Assembly (NCBI GenBank): GCA_965208615.1 | Contig: CBDBPB010000004.1 | Span: forward strand, 32,001-96,000 | DNA length: 64,000 nucleotides | Direction of reading: 5' to 3' | Origin: Spirochaetota bacterium | Lineage (GTDB): Bacteria > Spirochaetota > UBA6919 > CBDBPB01 | Shown: positions 33,154-43,279 of the stretch, piece after piece | Layout of the letters: each line of letters opens with the position of its first letter | Numbering within the stretch: the first letter of the stretch is position 1 | The notes under the pieces: model-generated | Told to the model about the DNA's origin: nothing | Databases searched by the model: none | Seen by the model: the letters and a program-made list of their open reading frames with translations, nothing else | Position numbers and translations under genes: made by a program

Positions 33154-34629
33154 ATGAAGTTAAATAATTTATACAAAAATAAAATAGGAATTTCTATATT
33201 AATATTATTGGCAATATCCTCTATATTTTTATTGTCCTATAATGAGATAATTTATGGTAAAAGTACAAATATTATTAAAGAAATTAACTCTAGTAAATCT
33301 AACCCAATAGTCACCAAAGATAAGGATTCTCTTAGAGTTGCTTTATCCCTTCAAAAAGCCATTAGAAACGTAGCTAAATCAATTAGTCCAACTGTAGTCA
33401 ATATTAGAACTGAGCTTAACCTAAAAGGTAGAAAAAGTAATAATTTTTTTAGGTTCTTTAATAGAGGACAAAAACTTCAACATCTTGGCTCAGGATTTAT
33501 AATCAGTAAAAAGGGATATATAATCACTAATAATCATGTAGTAAAAAATGCTGACCAAATTACCGTTTTATTTTCTGATGAAAAAGAATATGTAGGAAAA
33601 GTAATTGGAAAAGATAGTAGAACAGATATTGCAGTAATTAAGATTAATGCTAATGAAGATTTACCGGTAGCACCCCTTGGAAACTCTGATAATGTTAGAA
33701 TAGGAGATTTTGCAATTGCTATTGGTAACCCATTCGGCCTGAAAGGTAGTGTAACATTTGGAGTAATTAGTGCCATAGGTAGGGATAATATAGATTTAAA
33801 TGCCGGATTAAAAAATTATATTCAAACTGATGCCTCAATTAACAGAGGAAATAGTGGAGGGCCTCTCTTAAACATACACGGACAAGTTATTGGCATGAAT
33901 ACTGCTATCTACTCTACCACAGGTGGATCAGTTGGTATTGGTTTTGCTATTCCCGCTAATATTATTAAACGTATTGTATCTAGCCTTATTAAAAAAGGTT
34001 TTGTAGAACGAGGTTATTTGGGTGTAACCATAGCTCCTATTCCTAAAAATATTGCAAAATATCTTAAGATAAAAAAGAAAAGTGGTATTTTTGTCAATGA
34101 TGTTATGCCTGATGGACCCGCATATAAGGCTGGTATTAAAGCAGGTGATGTTATCCTTGAGGTTGACGGTAAGAAAATTACTTCTGTTAGTCATCTTCAA
34201 AGAGTCATTAGCTTAAAAAAAAGAGGGCAAAGAGTTAATATTAAGTTATTTAGAAAAAATAAAGTTATTACTAAAAAAGTAATTATTGGTAAGTTAAAAA
34301 GTGATCCAATAGCAAGAAATGGTAAAGAAAGTAAGAAAAAGAGTAGTAATTTTATGGGTATCACTGTTGGACCAATAAAAAATCATTATAAAAAATTCCG
34401 TTTATCAAAAAAGATTAAAGGAGTAGTAATAATTAATATAGAAAATAACTCCACAGCATATAAAGCTAATATTAGAGCTGGAGATGTTATACAGTTTATT
34501 AATTATGAATATATTAACTCAGTTAAAGGTTTTAATAAGTTTATAAATAAAAATAAAAAGAAAAAGAAGTTTTTAATACAGCTTAAACGAGGCAAACAAA
34601 ACTATTTTGCCTTGCTGGAAAATAAATAA
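33154..34629 (+). CDS. htrA: HtrA/DegP serine protease with two PDZ domains
   Basis: TNNHVV, TDIAV, GNSGG catalytic triad; GYLGV PDZ. Confidence 0.93.
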   Translation: MKLNNLYKNKIGISILILLAISSIFLLSYNEIIYGKSTNIIKEINSSKSNPIVTKDKDSLRVALSLQKAIRNVAKSISPTVVNIRTELNLKGRKSNNFFRFFNRGQKLQHLGSGFIISKKGYIITNNHVVKNADQITVLFSDEKEYVGKVIGKDSRTDIAVIKINANEDLPVAPLGNSDNVRIGDFAIAIGNPFGLKGSVTFGVISAIGRDNIDLNAGLKNYIQTDASINRGNSGGPLLNIHGQVIGMNTAIYSTTGGSVGIGFAIPANIIKRIVSSLIKKGFVERGYLGVTIAPIPKNIAKYLKIKKKSGIFVNDVMPDGPAYKAGIKAGDVILEVDGKKITSVSHLQRVISLKKRGQRVNIKLFRKNKVITKKVIIGKLKSDPIARNGKESKKKSSNFMGITVGPIKNHYKKFRLSKKIKGVVIINIENNSTAYKANIRAGDVIQFINYEYINSVKGFNKFINKNKKKKKFLIQLKRGKQNYFALLENK

Positions 34630-34664
34630 TTTATTCTTATACAATTTTAAGATTTCTATAATAT

Positions 34665-34730
34665 TAAAGACTGGTCTAAAACAACTTTAATCTTAAGGTT
34701 ATAGCCCTTTTAGGTCAGTCTTTATTTTAT
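34665..34730 (+). terminator. Stem-loop after htrA, possible terminator
   Basis: TAAAGACTGGTCTAAA pairs with TTTAGGTCAGTCTTTA (G-U pairs); large loop; T-rich tail. Confidence 0.5.
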
Positions 34731-35174
34731 GTTAGATAGTGTTTTGGTTTTTAGCTCTTGTTTTGTGGTATATTTTATGCCCCCTATTATATACAGACTT
34801 GCCTTTTTATTTATTAACCTGTTATAGCTATTCTCACAAATTAAATATACCGATTATAAAACTAAAACATAGTTTAGGTAAATATACATCTAAATTATCT
34901 TAAAGTATTTAAAATAAACTATAGTAACGGTTAATATTATACTATCCCATAAGTTAACCCTTGTGTATAATACTTAGGTTTTTTATCTTTTTCCATCTTT
35001 ATTCAGAAAAGTAAATTTTAACATTCTCTTATACGATTCTATATAAAGATTTAATAAAAAAAATAATTATTTAAACTCTCTTTTCAATTACATATAAATA
35101 ATAAAGCTTAATAATATAACATTCAAAGAATGGTTATAAACAAGCTAATTTTAAATAAAAAGGTGTTATAGAGT

Positions 35175-35750
35175 GTGTTTTATTACGTAAATAGTATAAT
35201 ATTAACTATTTTTTTATTTATAACATCCTTGTCTATTTCGGCTTATGGAGATAGCTCTAAAATTGTTAGTGTTAAATATTATTCTAAATACTTTTTTAAA
35301 GAAGATCATAAAGATATTCTACATAAAATAGAGGTATCACAAGATAAAATTAAATACTTAAAGTCTTTTTGGAAGGTTTACTATAATTTGGATAACAGAA
35401 TTATAGGAGAAGAGTACTACAAAAACTGGAGACTTTTTTATTATTATCTTTATAGGTATAAAAATAACAAGATTTATAAAGCTGGCTTTTTTTGGCATGG
35501 TATAATCGACAGAGCTCACTTTAATATATTTAAACGATATATATGGCAAGGGTATTTTTATAAAAGAATACCACATACTTTGTGGGTATATAATAAAAAT
35601 GGGCAACTAATTATAAAAGCATATTATAAATGGCAAAACAAATATAATATTGATTATACCGATAAATATATATATAACAAAGCTAAGAAGTTAGTTAGGA
35701 TAAAGAGGTATAGAGAGGGTATTATGGTTAAAGAGTATTTATTAAAATAA
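35175..35750 (+). CDS. Hypothetical exported Lys/Tyr-rich protein
   Basis: Signal peptide; AGGT RBS. Confidence 0.65.
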   Translation: MFYYVNSIILTIFLFITSLSISAYGDSSKIVSVKYYSKYFFKEDHKDILHKIEVSQDKIKYLKSFWKVYYNLDNRIIGEEYYKNWRLFYYYLYRYKNNKIYKAGFFWHGIIDRAHFNIFKRYIWQGYFYKRIPHTLWVYNKNGQLIIKAYYKWQNKYNIDYTDKYIYNKAKKLVRIKRYREGIMVKEYLLK

Positions 35751-35777
35751 ATATTTAGTTTTAAAAGGAGCGCTGTT

Positions 35778-36206
35778 TTGAAAGACAGTAGGCATGTTAA
35801 TAAGGTAGAATATTATAATAAGTTATTATCTAATTCAGAAAAAAACGAGATTATAATTGAGACTATTGCAGATAAAATTGCCAAATCAATGGGGATGCAA
35901 CTTATTGACTTTAGCAAAAATAAAACTAAGGTTATATATATTAATCGAGTTAGAAATGAAAAAGATATTCTTATGTTAAATAAACCAATTAAGATTTATA
36001 TTAAGAAGTTTATAGGAGGTTTTTCTGTTTCACAGAAGAATATATCACTAGTTATATTTGCTCCTAACTTTAGAGAGGCTTTAACAAAGTTTCAAAAAAC
36101 TTTTTTTGATGACTACCAAAAATATCTTTTGTTAGACCCTATTAACGGTGAAGATGTGGCATTTAAAAAGTTTTATAGTTCTTTAATGATTGCCAGTAAG
36201 GATTAA
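35778..36206 (+). CDS. Hypothetical protein
   Basis: AGGAG RBS before TTG; 142-aa ORF. Confidence 0.65.
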   Translation: MKDSRHVNKVEYYNKLLSNSEKNEIIIETIADKIAKSMGMQLIDFSKNKTKVIYINRVRNEKDILMLNKPIKIYIKKFIGGFSVSQKNISLVIFAPNFREALTKFQKTFFDDYQKYLLLDPINGEDVAFKKFYSSLMIASKD

Positions 36207-36244
36207 CCGGCTTAAACTTATATATTTAACTTTTGCTATACATA

Positions 36245-36308
36245 TAGGAGAGTCCATTCTACAAAAAAGGTCATCCGTGATCCATAGTGTAGAATGAGAG
36301 CTCTCTAA
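36245..36308. other. GC-rich nested stem-loop (REP-like or small RNA)
   Basis: GAGAG/CTCTC and CATTCTACA/TGTAGAATG stems enclosing a GGTCA-TCCG-TGATC hairpin. Confidence 0.55.
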
Positions 36309-36523
36309 TATTTATTTTTCTTTCGACATATTAAAAAAGATAGTTAGAACATTTTTACTAATATATTAAAAAAAGATTTATTTTATAATAAAGTTACTAA
36401 AGTACTGCCGTAACTACTTTTTATATCTTTAAGCTATAAAGTAGTTATAAAGTTATAATATGATTATCTATCTACTTAATCCCTCATTTTACTAGACTAT
36501 AAATTATATGTAAGAGATTTATT

Positions 36524-38197
36524 ATGAATAATTTAAAAAATCCACTTATTATTCAAAGTGATCAAACAATATTTTTAGAAGTACATCACCCTGACTATGA
36601 ACTTACTAGAGATAAACTATCCTCATTTGCAGAGCTGATAAAATCTCCCGAACATATACATACATACAGTATTTCACAAATATCTTTATGGAATGCCTCT
36701 TCTGCTGGAATTACAAAAGAAGATATTTACGATTTTCTTAAAAAGAAGTCAAAATATGAGATTCCAGATAATGTCTTCTATTTTATAGATAAGACTCTCT
36801 CTAAGTTTGGCAAGGCTGAGCTTTATAAGTCTGATGATGAAAATTACTTATATTTAAAAATATCTGATCCCGACATCATAGAAGAGCTAAAACATCATAA
36901 TAACATCTGGAAACTCTTTGTTAAACAAAAAGACTTTAATACATTTTTACTAAACTATATAAACAGAGGAACTATAAAACAGTTATTTATTGATATAGGC
37001 TATCCTATAAACGACTACGTAGGGTTTAGTGAGGGAGAAGCTTTTCCAATAGAACTTAGAAAGAATACTCTAATGGGTATTCCTTTTGAGCTTAGGGAAT
37101 ACCAAAAAGAGGCGTCTAATATTTTTTATTCAAACAACAGTAAGCTAGGGGGACATGGTGTAGTTGTTTTACCCTGTGGCTCAGGAAAAACAATGGTTGG
37201 TATGAGTATTATGGAAAAAATACAAATGTCAACTTTAATTCTAACTGCTAATGTAGCCGCTTGTCATCAATGGATTAACGAGCTTATAGACAAGTCTTAC
37301 GTTGATAGCAAAGATATTGGAGAGTTTTCTGGTGAAAAAAAAGAAATAAAACCTATTACTGTTGCCACTTATCAAATTGTTATTTATAGAAAACGTAAAG
37401 GAGATGATTATCCTCATTTTTCTCTTTTTAGAAAAAAAAACTGGGGATTAATTATTTATGATGAGGTTCATTTATTACCCGCTCCTGTATTTAGGGCTAC
37501 TGCTGAAATACAGTCCAAAAGAAGATTAGGCTTAACTGCTACTCTCATAAGAGAGGATGGTAAAGAAAAAGATGTCTTTTCATTAATTGGACCAAAACGA
37601 TATGATGCCCCATGGAAAGAGCTAGAAAATAAGGGCTATATATCTGAGGCAGTTTGTTATGAGATTCGTATTCTTATGAAGAGAAATTTACGATTAGAGT
37701 ATATGTCCTCTGGTAAAAGGGCTAAATTTCGTTTAGCCTCATCCAATGAAGAAAAGCTTAATGTGGTAGCCAGTCTTTTAGAGCGTCATACTGATGACCA
37801 AGTATTAATAATTGGTCAATATATTGATCAGCTTAATATTACTTCTAAACGTTTTAGTTTTCCTATTATCACTGGTAAAACTAATAACTCTGATAGGGAT
37901 AATCTTTATCAGGCATTTCGTAGTGGACATATTAATGTATTGGTGGTATCTAAGGTAGCCAATTTTGCTATTGACCTTCCTGATGCTTCTGTTGTGATAC
38001 AATTATCTGGTACTTATGGCTCAAGACAAGAAGAAGCTCAACGTTTAGGACGTATACTAAGACCAAAAAGAAAAACCTCTTATTTTTATACTATCATATC
38101 AAAAAACTCTAGCGAAGAGGAGTTTGCACATAAACGTCAACTTTTTCTTACCGAACAGGGTTATAAGTATATTATAGAGGACTGGGATAAAAATTAA
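36524..38197 (+). CDS. Bacterial XPB/Rad25-like SF2 DNA helicase
   Basis: KSPEHIHTY N-domain, LPCGSGKT, DEVH, QRLGRILRPK. Confidence 0.92.
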   Translation: MNNLKNPLIIQSDQTIFLEVHHPDYELTRDKLSSFAELIKSPEHIHTYSISQISLWNASSAGITKEDIYDFLKKKSKYEIPDNVFYFIDKTLSKFGKAELYKSDDENYLYLKISDPDIIEELKHHNNIWKLFVKQKDFNTFLLNYINRGTIKQLFIDIGYPINDYVGFSEGEAFPIELRKNTLMGIPFELREYQKEASNIFYSNNSKLGGHGVVVLPCGSGKTMVGMSIMEKIQMSTLILTANVAACHQWINELIDKSYVDSKDIGEFSGEKKEIKPITVATYQIVIYRKRKGDDYPHFSLFRKKNWGLIIYDEVHLLPAPVFRATAEIQSKRRLGLTATLIREDGKEKDVFSLIGPKRYDAPWKELENKGYISEAVCYEIRILMKRNLRLEYMSSGKRAKFRLASSNEEKLNVVASLLERHTDDQVLIIGQYIDQLNITSKRFSFPIITGKTNNSDRDNLYQAFRSGHINVLVVSKVANFAIDLPDASVVIQLSGTYGSRQEEAQRLGRILRPKRKTSYFYTIISKNSSEEEFAHKRQLFLTEQGYKYIIEDWDKN

Positions 38198-38213
38198 AAA
38201 AAGGGATAATATA

Positions 38214-39318
38214 ATGCTAGGCCAATTACTAAAAACTTTAATAGTTATAGAAAAGCAAATATCTGAACACTGGAGGTCTCTTTGACCTTGACTCTAAGAA
38301 AGCCAATATATTAGAAATCGAAAATAAGATGGCTCTGTCAAGCTTTTGGAATAACAAAGAAGAGGCTAATTCACTAACTGCCAAGCTCGCAAACTTAAAG
38401 CGACTTGTAAAACCGTGGATAGACATAAAAAATGACCTTATTGATTATAAAGACATTGCTAAAATGCCTGATGTAGATAATGATCAAACTTTAATAAAAG
38501 AAATTGATGATGGTATAGCCTTGTTAAAAAAGCGTCTTGAGGATTTAGAGTTTAAGTTGATGTTTAGCGAGGATAATGATATTAATAATTGTTTTTTGTC
38601 TATAAATGCTGGTGCTGGGGGTACTGAGGCATGTGATTGGGTTGCCATGTTGTATAGGATGTATATTAGATGGGCTGAGAGTAAAGGATTTCTTTGTGAA
38701 ATTATTGATTATTTGGAGGGTGAAGAAGCTGGCATTAAAAATTTAACTATTTTGATTAAAGGTAACTATGCTTGTGGAATGTTAAGGTCAGAGTCTGGTG
38801 TACATAGGCTAGTTCGCATTTCGCCTTTTGACTCAAACAAGCGTCGTCATACATCTTTTGCATCTGTATATGTTTTTCCTGAGGTTTTAGATGAGATTGA
38901 ATTAAATATAAATACCAACGATATTAGAATTGATACTTACAGATCACAAGGAGCTGGTGGACAACATGTTAATACTACTGATTCTGCTGTTAGGATTACT
39001 CATATTCCTAGTGGAATTGTTGTTCAGTGTCAGAATAACCGTTCTCAACATAAAAATAAAGATAATGCTATGAAAGTCCTTAAGGCAAGGTTATACCAGT
39101 ATTACGAAAAACAGAGGATAGAAGAGATTGAAAAGGTTACTGCAGAGAAAAAAGAAATTGCATGGGGTAGTCAAATTCGTTCTTATGTTTTTCACCCGTA
39201 TACCATGGTTAAAGATCACAGAACCACTTTTGAGATTGGTGATGCTCAAGGAGTTATAGAGGGAAGACATCTGGATGAGTTTATACACAGCTTTTTAAAG
39301 TGGAAAATAGCTAATTAA
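38214..39318 (+). CDS. prfB: Peptide chain release factor 2 with +1 programmed frameshift
   Basis: ATG 38214 reads to GGAGG-TCT-CTT-TGA-C (38272-38286); +1 frame joins the ORF with SPF and GGQ motifs. Confidence 0.97.
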
Positions 39319-39589
39319 TATTACTAGAGCAACTTTTAAAGTTGCCTTTATTAAAAACTAAGATAATATAACTCTTTTATAAAGTTATTATTTATGGTTT
39401 TTATTCTTACCTATTAAAGCACAAATACTTAAACCAAACTATTTAGTTTAACATAAAAATAAATTATAAAAATATACAAATTGATAACTAGTTGTATACC
39501 AATAGGTATATAAAGTCTAATTTAGATAATTTATTGTATAGCAGAATATAAGAAACGCAATAAGATCACTGTAAAAAAACTTTTTTCAC

Positions 39590-39618
39590 TTGACTTAAAT
39601 CAAATTTGTAGATAGATT
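39590..39618 (+). promoter_or_regulatory. Sigma-70-type promoter with no adjacent ORF
   Basis: TTGACT-17 nt-TAGATT. Confidence 0.5.
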
Positions 39619-39624
39619 AATAGA

Positions 39625-39920
39625 AGAGTCGGTAATTTATAGCTAATCGCCTTTAACTAAGTGTTATTTTTATATTTTAATGACCAATTTAAAATTAACT
39701 AAAATAATTCTACAATATTTATTAAGACATTAGTTCATACCTTTTTAACTGAGTCTTAAAACTTATTTATTATCACTCTTAACTAGACTGGGCTATAACT
39801 ATCAATACCTATATAGTCTAATAATACATTGTATTTGGTGTTTAAACTAGACTGGGAGGGGAAAACACCAAATGCAATTTACGTTTAAAATAAGTCCTAT
39901 GGTTTATTTTAAACGAGTTA
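39625..39920 (+). ncRNA. Candidate structured small RNA (four consecutive hairpins)
   Basis: Stems at 39722-39759, 39784-39820, 39828-39878 (16 bp) and 39882-39915 (13 bp); AACTAGACTGGG occurs twice; promoter upstream. Confidence 0.45.
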
Positions 39921-40335
39921 ATTATAATAATCTAAAACACACTACTTTTCTATATTACTCCTCTATATTTAAGCGAAAACTTGATACATAGTTTAATTTA
40001 TCCTTTATGCCATAGTCTTTTGACTAGTAATAAACCTATATAAAATAAATCTATAGCTTCTAAAATTACAGGATATACTACCCTAATATTAATAAAACAA
40101 ATTGTTTGTCTCTAATCTTTTATAAGACTCGTAAAAAAAAGTTTTTTTGCACCTAACCTGAAACAAGAGTAGTATATATAGGTATAAAGGGAATATTTTA
40201 ACTATAATTAACTTGCTAACTGTTTATTATTAATGCAATAATAGGTATTTTTTTCTTATTAAGAATCTAAGTTTTATGCAATAGCTCTTGTTTAATATAG
40301 TGAGATACTATAGTATAAAAGGCAAGAGGTAAAAG

Positions 40336-40473
40336 ATGGGCAAAAATAAAAGAGAAAAAGAAGTGCTTAGGATATTTAAGACCGTCAATGAAGAACAAGA
40401 AAAGCTAAAAGAAAAAAAAGAAAATGACTCAGACATAACTAATATAAATATTAACATAACTATAAACAAGTAA
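40336..40473 (+). CDS. 45-aa small protein (below ORF-track cutoff)
   Basis: GAGGT RBS; MGKNKREKEVLRIFKTVNEEQEKLKEKKENDSDITNININITINK. Confidence 0.55.
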   Translation: MGKNKREKEVLRIFKTVNEEQEKLKEKKENDSDITNININITINK

Positions 40474-40917
40474 ATAGGGGTATTTTCTAAAGCTAAACTA
40501 CTGATCGTTTAATTTAATAAAATGTTTTGCTACAGCTTCATAAAACTAAACTACTGACTAAAATATAACTTTTTATAAAGATAAGCTATAGTATTAATTC
40601 GTTGCTAACTGACTTACTAATTTTCATATTTATGCATAATTATCTATCCCAGCCTTCTAAACCTTATTATATTGCCTAACCTTATAAAATAATCGAGGAT
40701 AAAAAGATTATATTTTTTTTTATTTCATAGCTTTTATCAAAAAAAATAATTTTCTTATTTTTAAAATTAAGTAAATTTTAGGGATATCTTAAATGCTTAA
40801 ACCCTATTACTGCTTTTTAATTAATTTATTAAAACACTTAGCCTTAATCATTGGCTTTGTTAAGGGTATAAAGTTAGTTAATGTCGCTATTTACAAATAG
40901 AATGAGAATTACTGAAC

Positions 40918-42039
40918 ATGATTAAAACTCGTAGTGCCTTATCTGTAGTTATGGATAATATAGATGTCAGTGTACTTATTATAGATATTGATAATAATGA
41001 TATTTTATTTTCTAACAATTACTTTAATAAGTTATTCGGTAATATAGTAGGAAAAAAGTGTTGGGAAGTTATCTCTAACAAGAATCACGGCCCTTGTAAG
41101 TCTTGTAATAAGGATTTACTTGTAAAAAGGTTTTCAGAAAAAGAGAGTAAAAATAAAACTTTGGTATGGGAGTTTTTTAATACCTCATTAAATATTTGGT
41201 TTGAGGTTCGGGATAGGCTTATTAATTGGGCCGATAATAAAGTTGCTAAGTTACAAATTGCTGTTGATATTACCGAACGTAAACAAATAGAGAGTAAGCT
41301 GAATAGCTATAAGTTACACTTGGAGGACTTAGTCAAAGAAAAGACTAAAGAATTAGCTTATAGGAACACAGAACTAAGTATAGAGATTTATGAACGTAAG
41401 CGTAATGAGATGGCATTAAAAGAGGCTGAGACTGAGTTAACTTGGTTAACTAGTGAAATTCATAATTCTATAAAGAATAAGTTAGAGTCTGCCAAATTCT
41501 TTATTCAGCAGGGTAAGTCATTAATAAGGCGATCACCTGGAAAAGCCATCGATTGTATTAACAAGGTAGAAAAGCTTTATTCTTTTATTAATAGTGTTAC
41601 AAGAAATATTTTATTTGTTACTCATCATAGACACTGTGATTCAAAAACTCTTTATAAAGAAATTGACCTTAGAGCAAGGTTAACATTAACTAACTCTTAT
41701 ATCTCTTATACAATAGACAAAGAAAACATAAGAGACTCTGATATTTTACGTCCTAGTTCGGTGCAATACATTTTAGAGGTTATATCTGAGCTTTTTAACA
41801 ATATTGCAAAGCACTCTAGAGCAACTCATACTAACATTACCATGAAAAATGACTATAATTATATTGTATTGGTGGTTGAGGACAATGGAATAGGATTTTC
41901 TTATGAAAAACAAAAGCATAAAGAAGATGCATACGGTATTGAGATTATAGAACAACTTTCTAAAAATTATAATGGTACAGTTGATTTTACTACAAGCGAA
42001 GGTAACGGCGTAATTGTAACCATAATAATTGATAAGTAA
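40918..42039 (+). CDS. Cytoplasmic PAS-domain histidine kinase (HisKA_3-like)
   Basis: PAS ending DITERK; SEIHNS H-box; ELFNNIAKHS, DNGIGF; no TM segment. Confidence 0.88.
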   Translation: MIKTRSALSVVMDNIDVSVLIIDIDNNDILFSNNYFNKLFGNIVGKKCWEVISNKNHGPCKSCNKDLLVKRFSEKESKNKTLVWEFFNTSLNIWFEVRDRLINWADNKVAKLQIAVDITERKQIESKLNSYKLHLEDLVKEKTKELAYRNTELSIEIYERKRNEMALKEAETELTWLTSEIHNSIKNKLESAKFFIQQGKSLIRRSPGKAIDCINKVEKLYSFINSVTRNILFVTHHRHCDSKTLYKEIDLRARLTLTNSYISYTIDKENIRDSDILRPSSVQYILEVISELFNNIAKHSRATHTNITMKNDYNYIVLVVEDNGIGFSYEKQKHKEDAYGIEIIEQLSKNYNGTVDFTTSEGNGVIVTIIIDK

Positions 42040-42045
42040 AGTAGT

Positions 42046-42216
42046 TTATTCAACATTCTTATTTTGTTTAAGTTGTTCAAAAGCATTTTGAAGGTTAATA
42101 GCCTCTTCGTCTAATTCTTGCTTATTATCTATGGGGTTAGATTTTGTATGTCTAAAGGCTAACCATAAACTTATAACTAAAGTTATTATTATTATCGCTG
42201 TAATGATTTCAAACAT
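42046..42216 (-). CDS. 56-aa single-pass membrane protein (below ORF-track cutoff)
   Basis: AGGA RBS; MFEIITAIIIITLVISLWLAFRHTKSNP...KNVE; starts 20 nt after the regulator stop. Confidence 0.65.
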   Translation of the reverse strand: MFEIITAIIIITLVISLWLAFRHTKSNPIDNKQELDEEAINLQNAFEQLKQNKNVE

Positions 42217-42236
42217 ATTATTTATCCTAATTGTAT

Positions 42237-42881
42237 TTATAGTTCAATATATTCTAGTATAAATGGTAGTTTAAGTTTTGATAATCCTCTTTCTATGTGG
42301 CTAGTAACAGTATTTGGGTTCATATTAAGGGTTTTAGCTATTTCGTTTATTGTTTTACCTTTTTGTTTTAATATTAACACTTTTTTTTGATTATTCGTAA
42401 GACTTTGGACCTTTGATTGTGCATTATCCAACCTATTAGATAGTTCTATAGTTTTTTTACAATATTTGGTATAAGTCTTTTGCTGAAGAGATAATAATTG
42501 ATCATCCCTTTCTACACTAGTAACTATTTTATCTATTAAGACTTCACCTAGTGTACCTTTTTCTATATAGTCAGCTTTAAGTTGTTTAGCCTCTAACATT
42601 GTCTCTGAGTCAGGGTAGGCAGTTAGAAATATTATGTGAATATTAGGTGCTACTTTTTTCAAGATTTTTGCACAGTCCACACCCGACATCTCTCCTACAA
42701 GTTTAATATCCAAAAGGCATACATCTGGTTTAAAGGGAGAGTTTAAGCTATTAATAAAGTCTATTCCGTATGCATACTCTCCAAAGATAGATATACGCAA
42801 GTCTTTTTCCATAGTTTGCTTTAGTACTTGCCTATAAGACTTTTCATCATCTACTATAGAGACTTTTATCCGTCTTTGCAT
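42237..42881 (-). CDS. NarL/LuxR-family response regulator
   Basis: VDDE, LLDIKL, FLTAY receiver motifs; GKTINEIAKTLNMNPNTVTSH HTH. Confidence 0.9.
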   Translation of the reverse strand: MQRRIKVSIVDDEKSYRQVLKQTMEKDLRISIFGEYAYGIDFINSLNSPFKPDVCLLDIKLVGEMSGVDCAKILKKVAPNIHIIFLTAYPDSETMLEAKQLKADYIEKGTLGEVLIDKIVTSVERDDQLLSLQQKTYTKYCKKTIELSNRLDNAQSKVQSLTNNQKKVLILKQKGKTINEIAKTLNMNPNTVTSHIERGLSKLKLPFILEYIEL

Positions 42882-43279
42882 TTTTATTATCCTATTTATT
42901 GGTAAGTAATTATATATGTATTGTGGTTATATTTTTATGTTGTCCAAATCATAAGATAAATTAAATCATGGAAAAATTAATATAAAAATATTAACTAGTT
43001 TAGTGGTAAATTTCTACATAAGTTTAATATTTATCCAAATTCTTCTATAAAAGAACTTAATTGCTATCACATTAACGAGTTTTTCTAATATTTAAACTTT
43101 TACTAACATAATATGTTCTTTATGTTACAATTCAACTATCTAATATATAGCCTTGTTAATACGAAAAACCATTTTCTCTGTGGCATATTACTACTTGATT
43201 AATTCTATCAATAAAAGCATCTTAAATTAAGCAACCTTACTTTTAAAGCTATCAAATCATATTTTAAAAAGGGGGAATT

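Noticed and set aside
35778-36206. HicB-like antitoxin
   Set aside because: Only a vague pattern resemblance and no toxin gene nearby.
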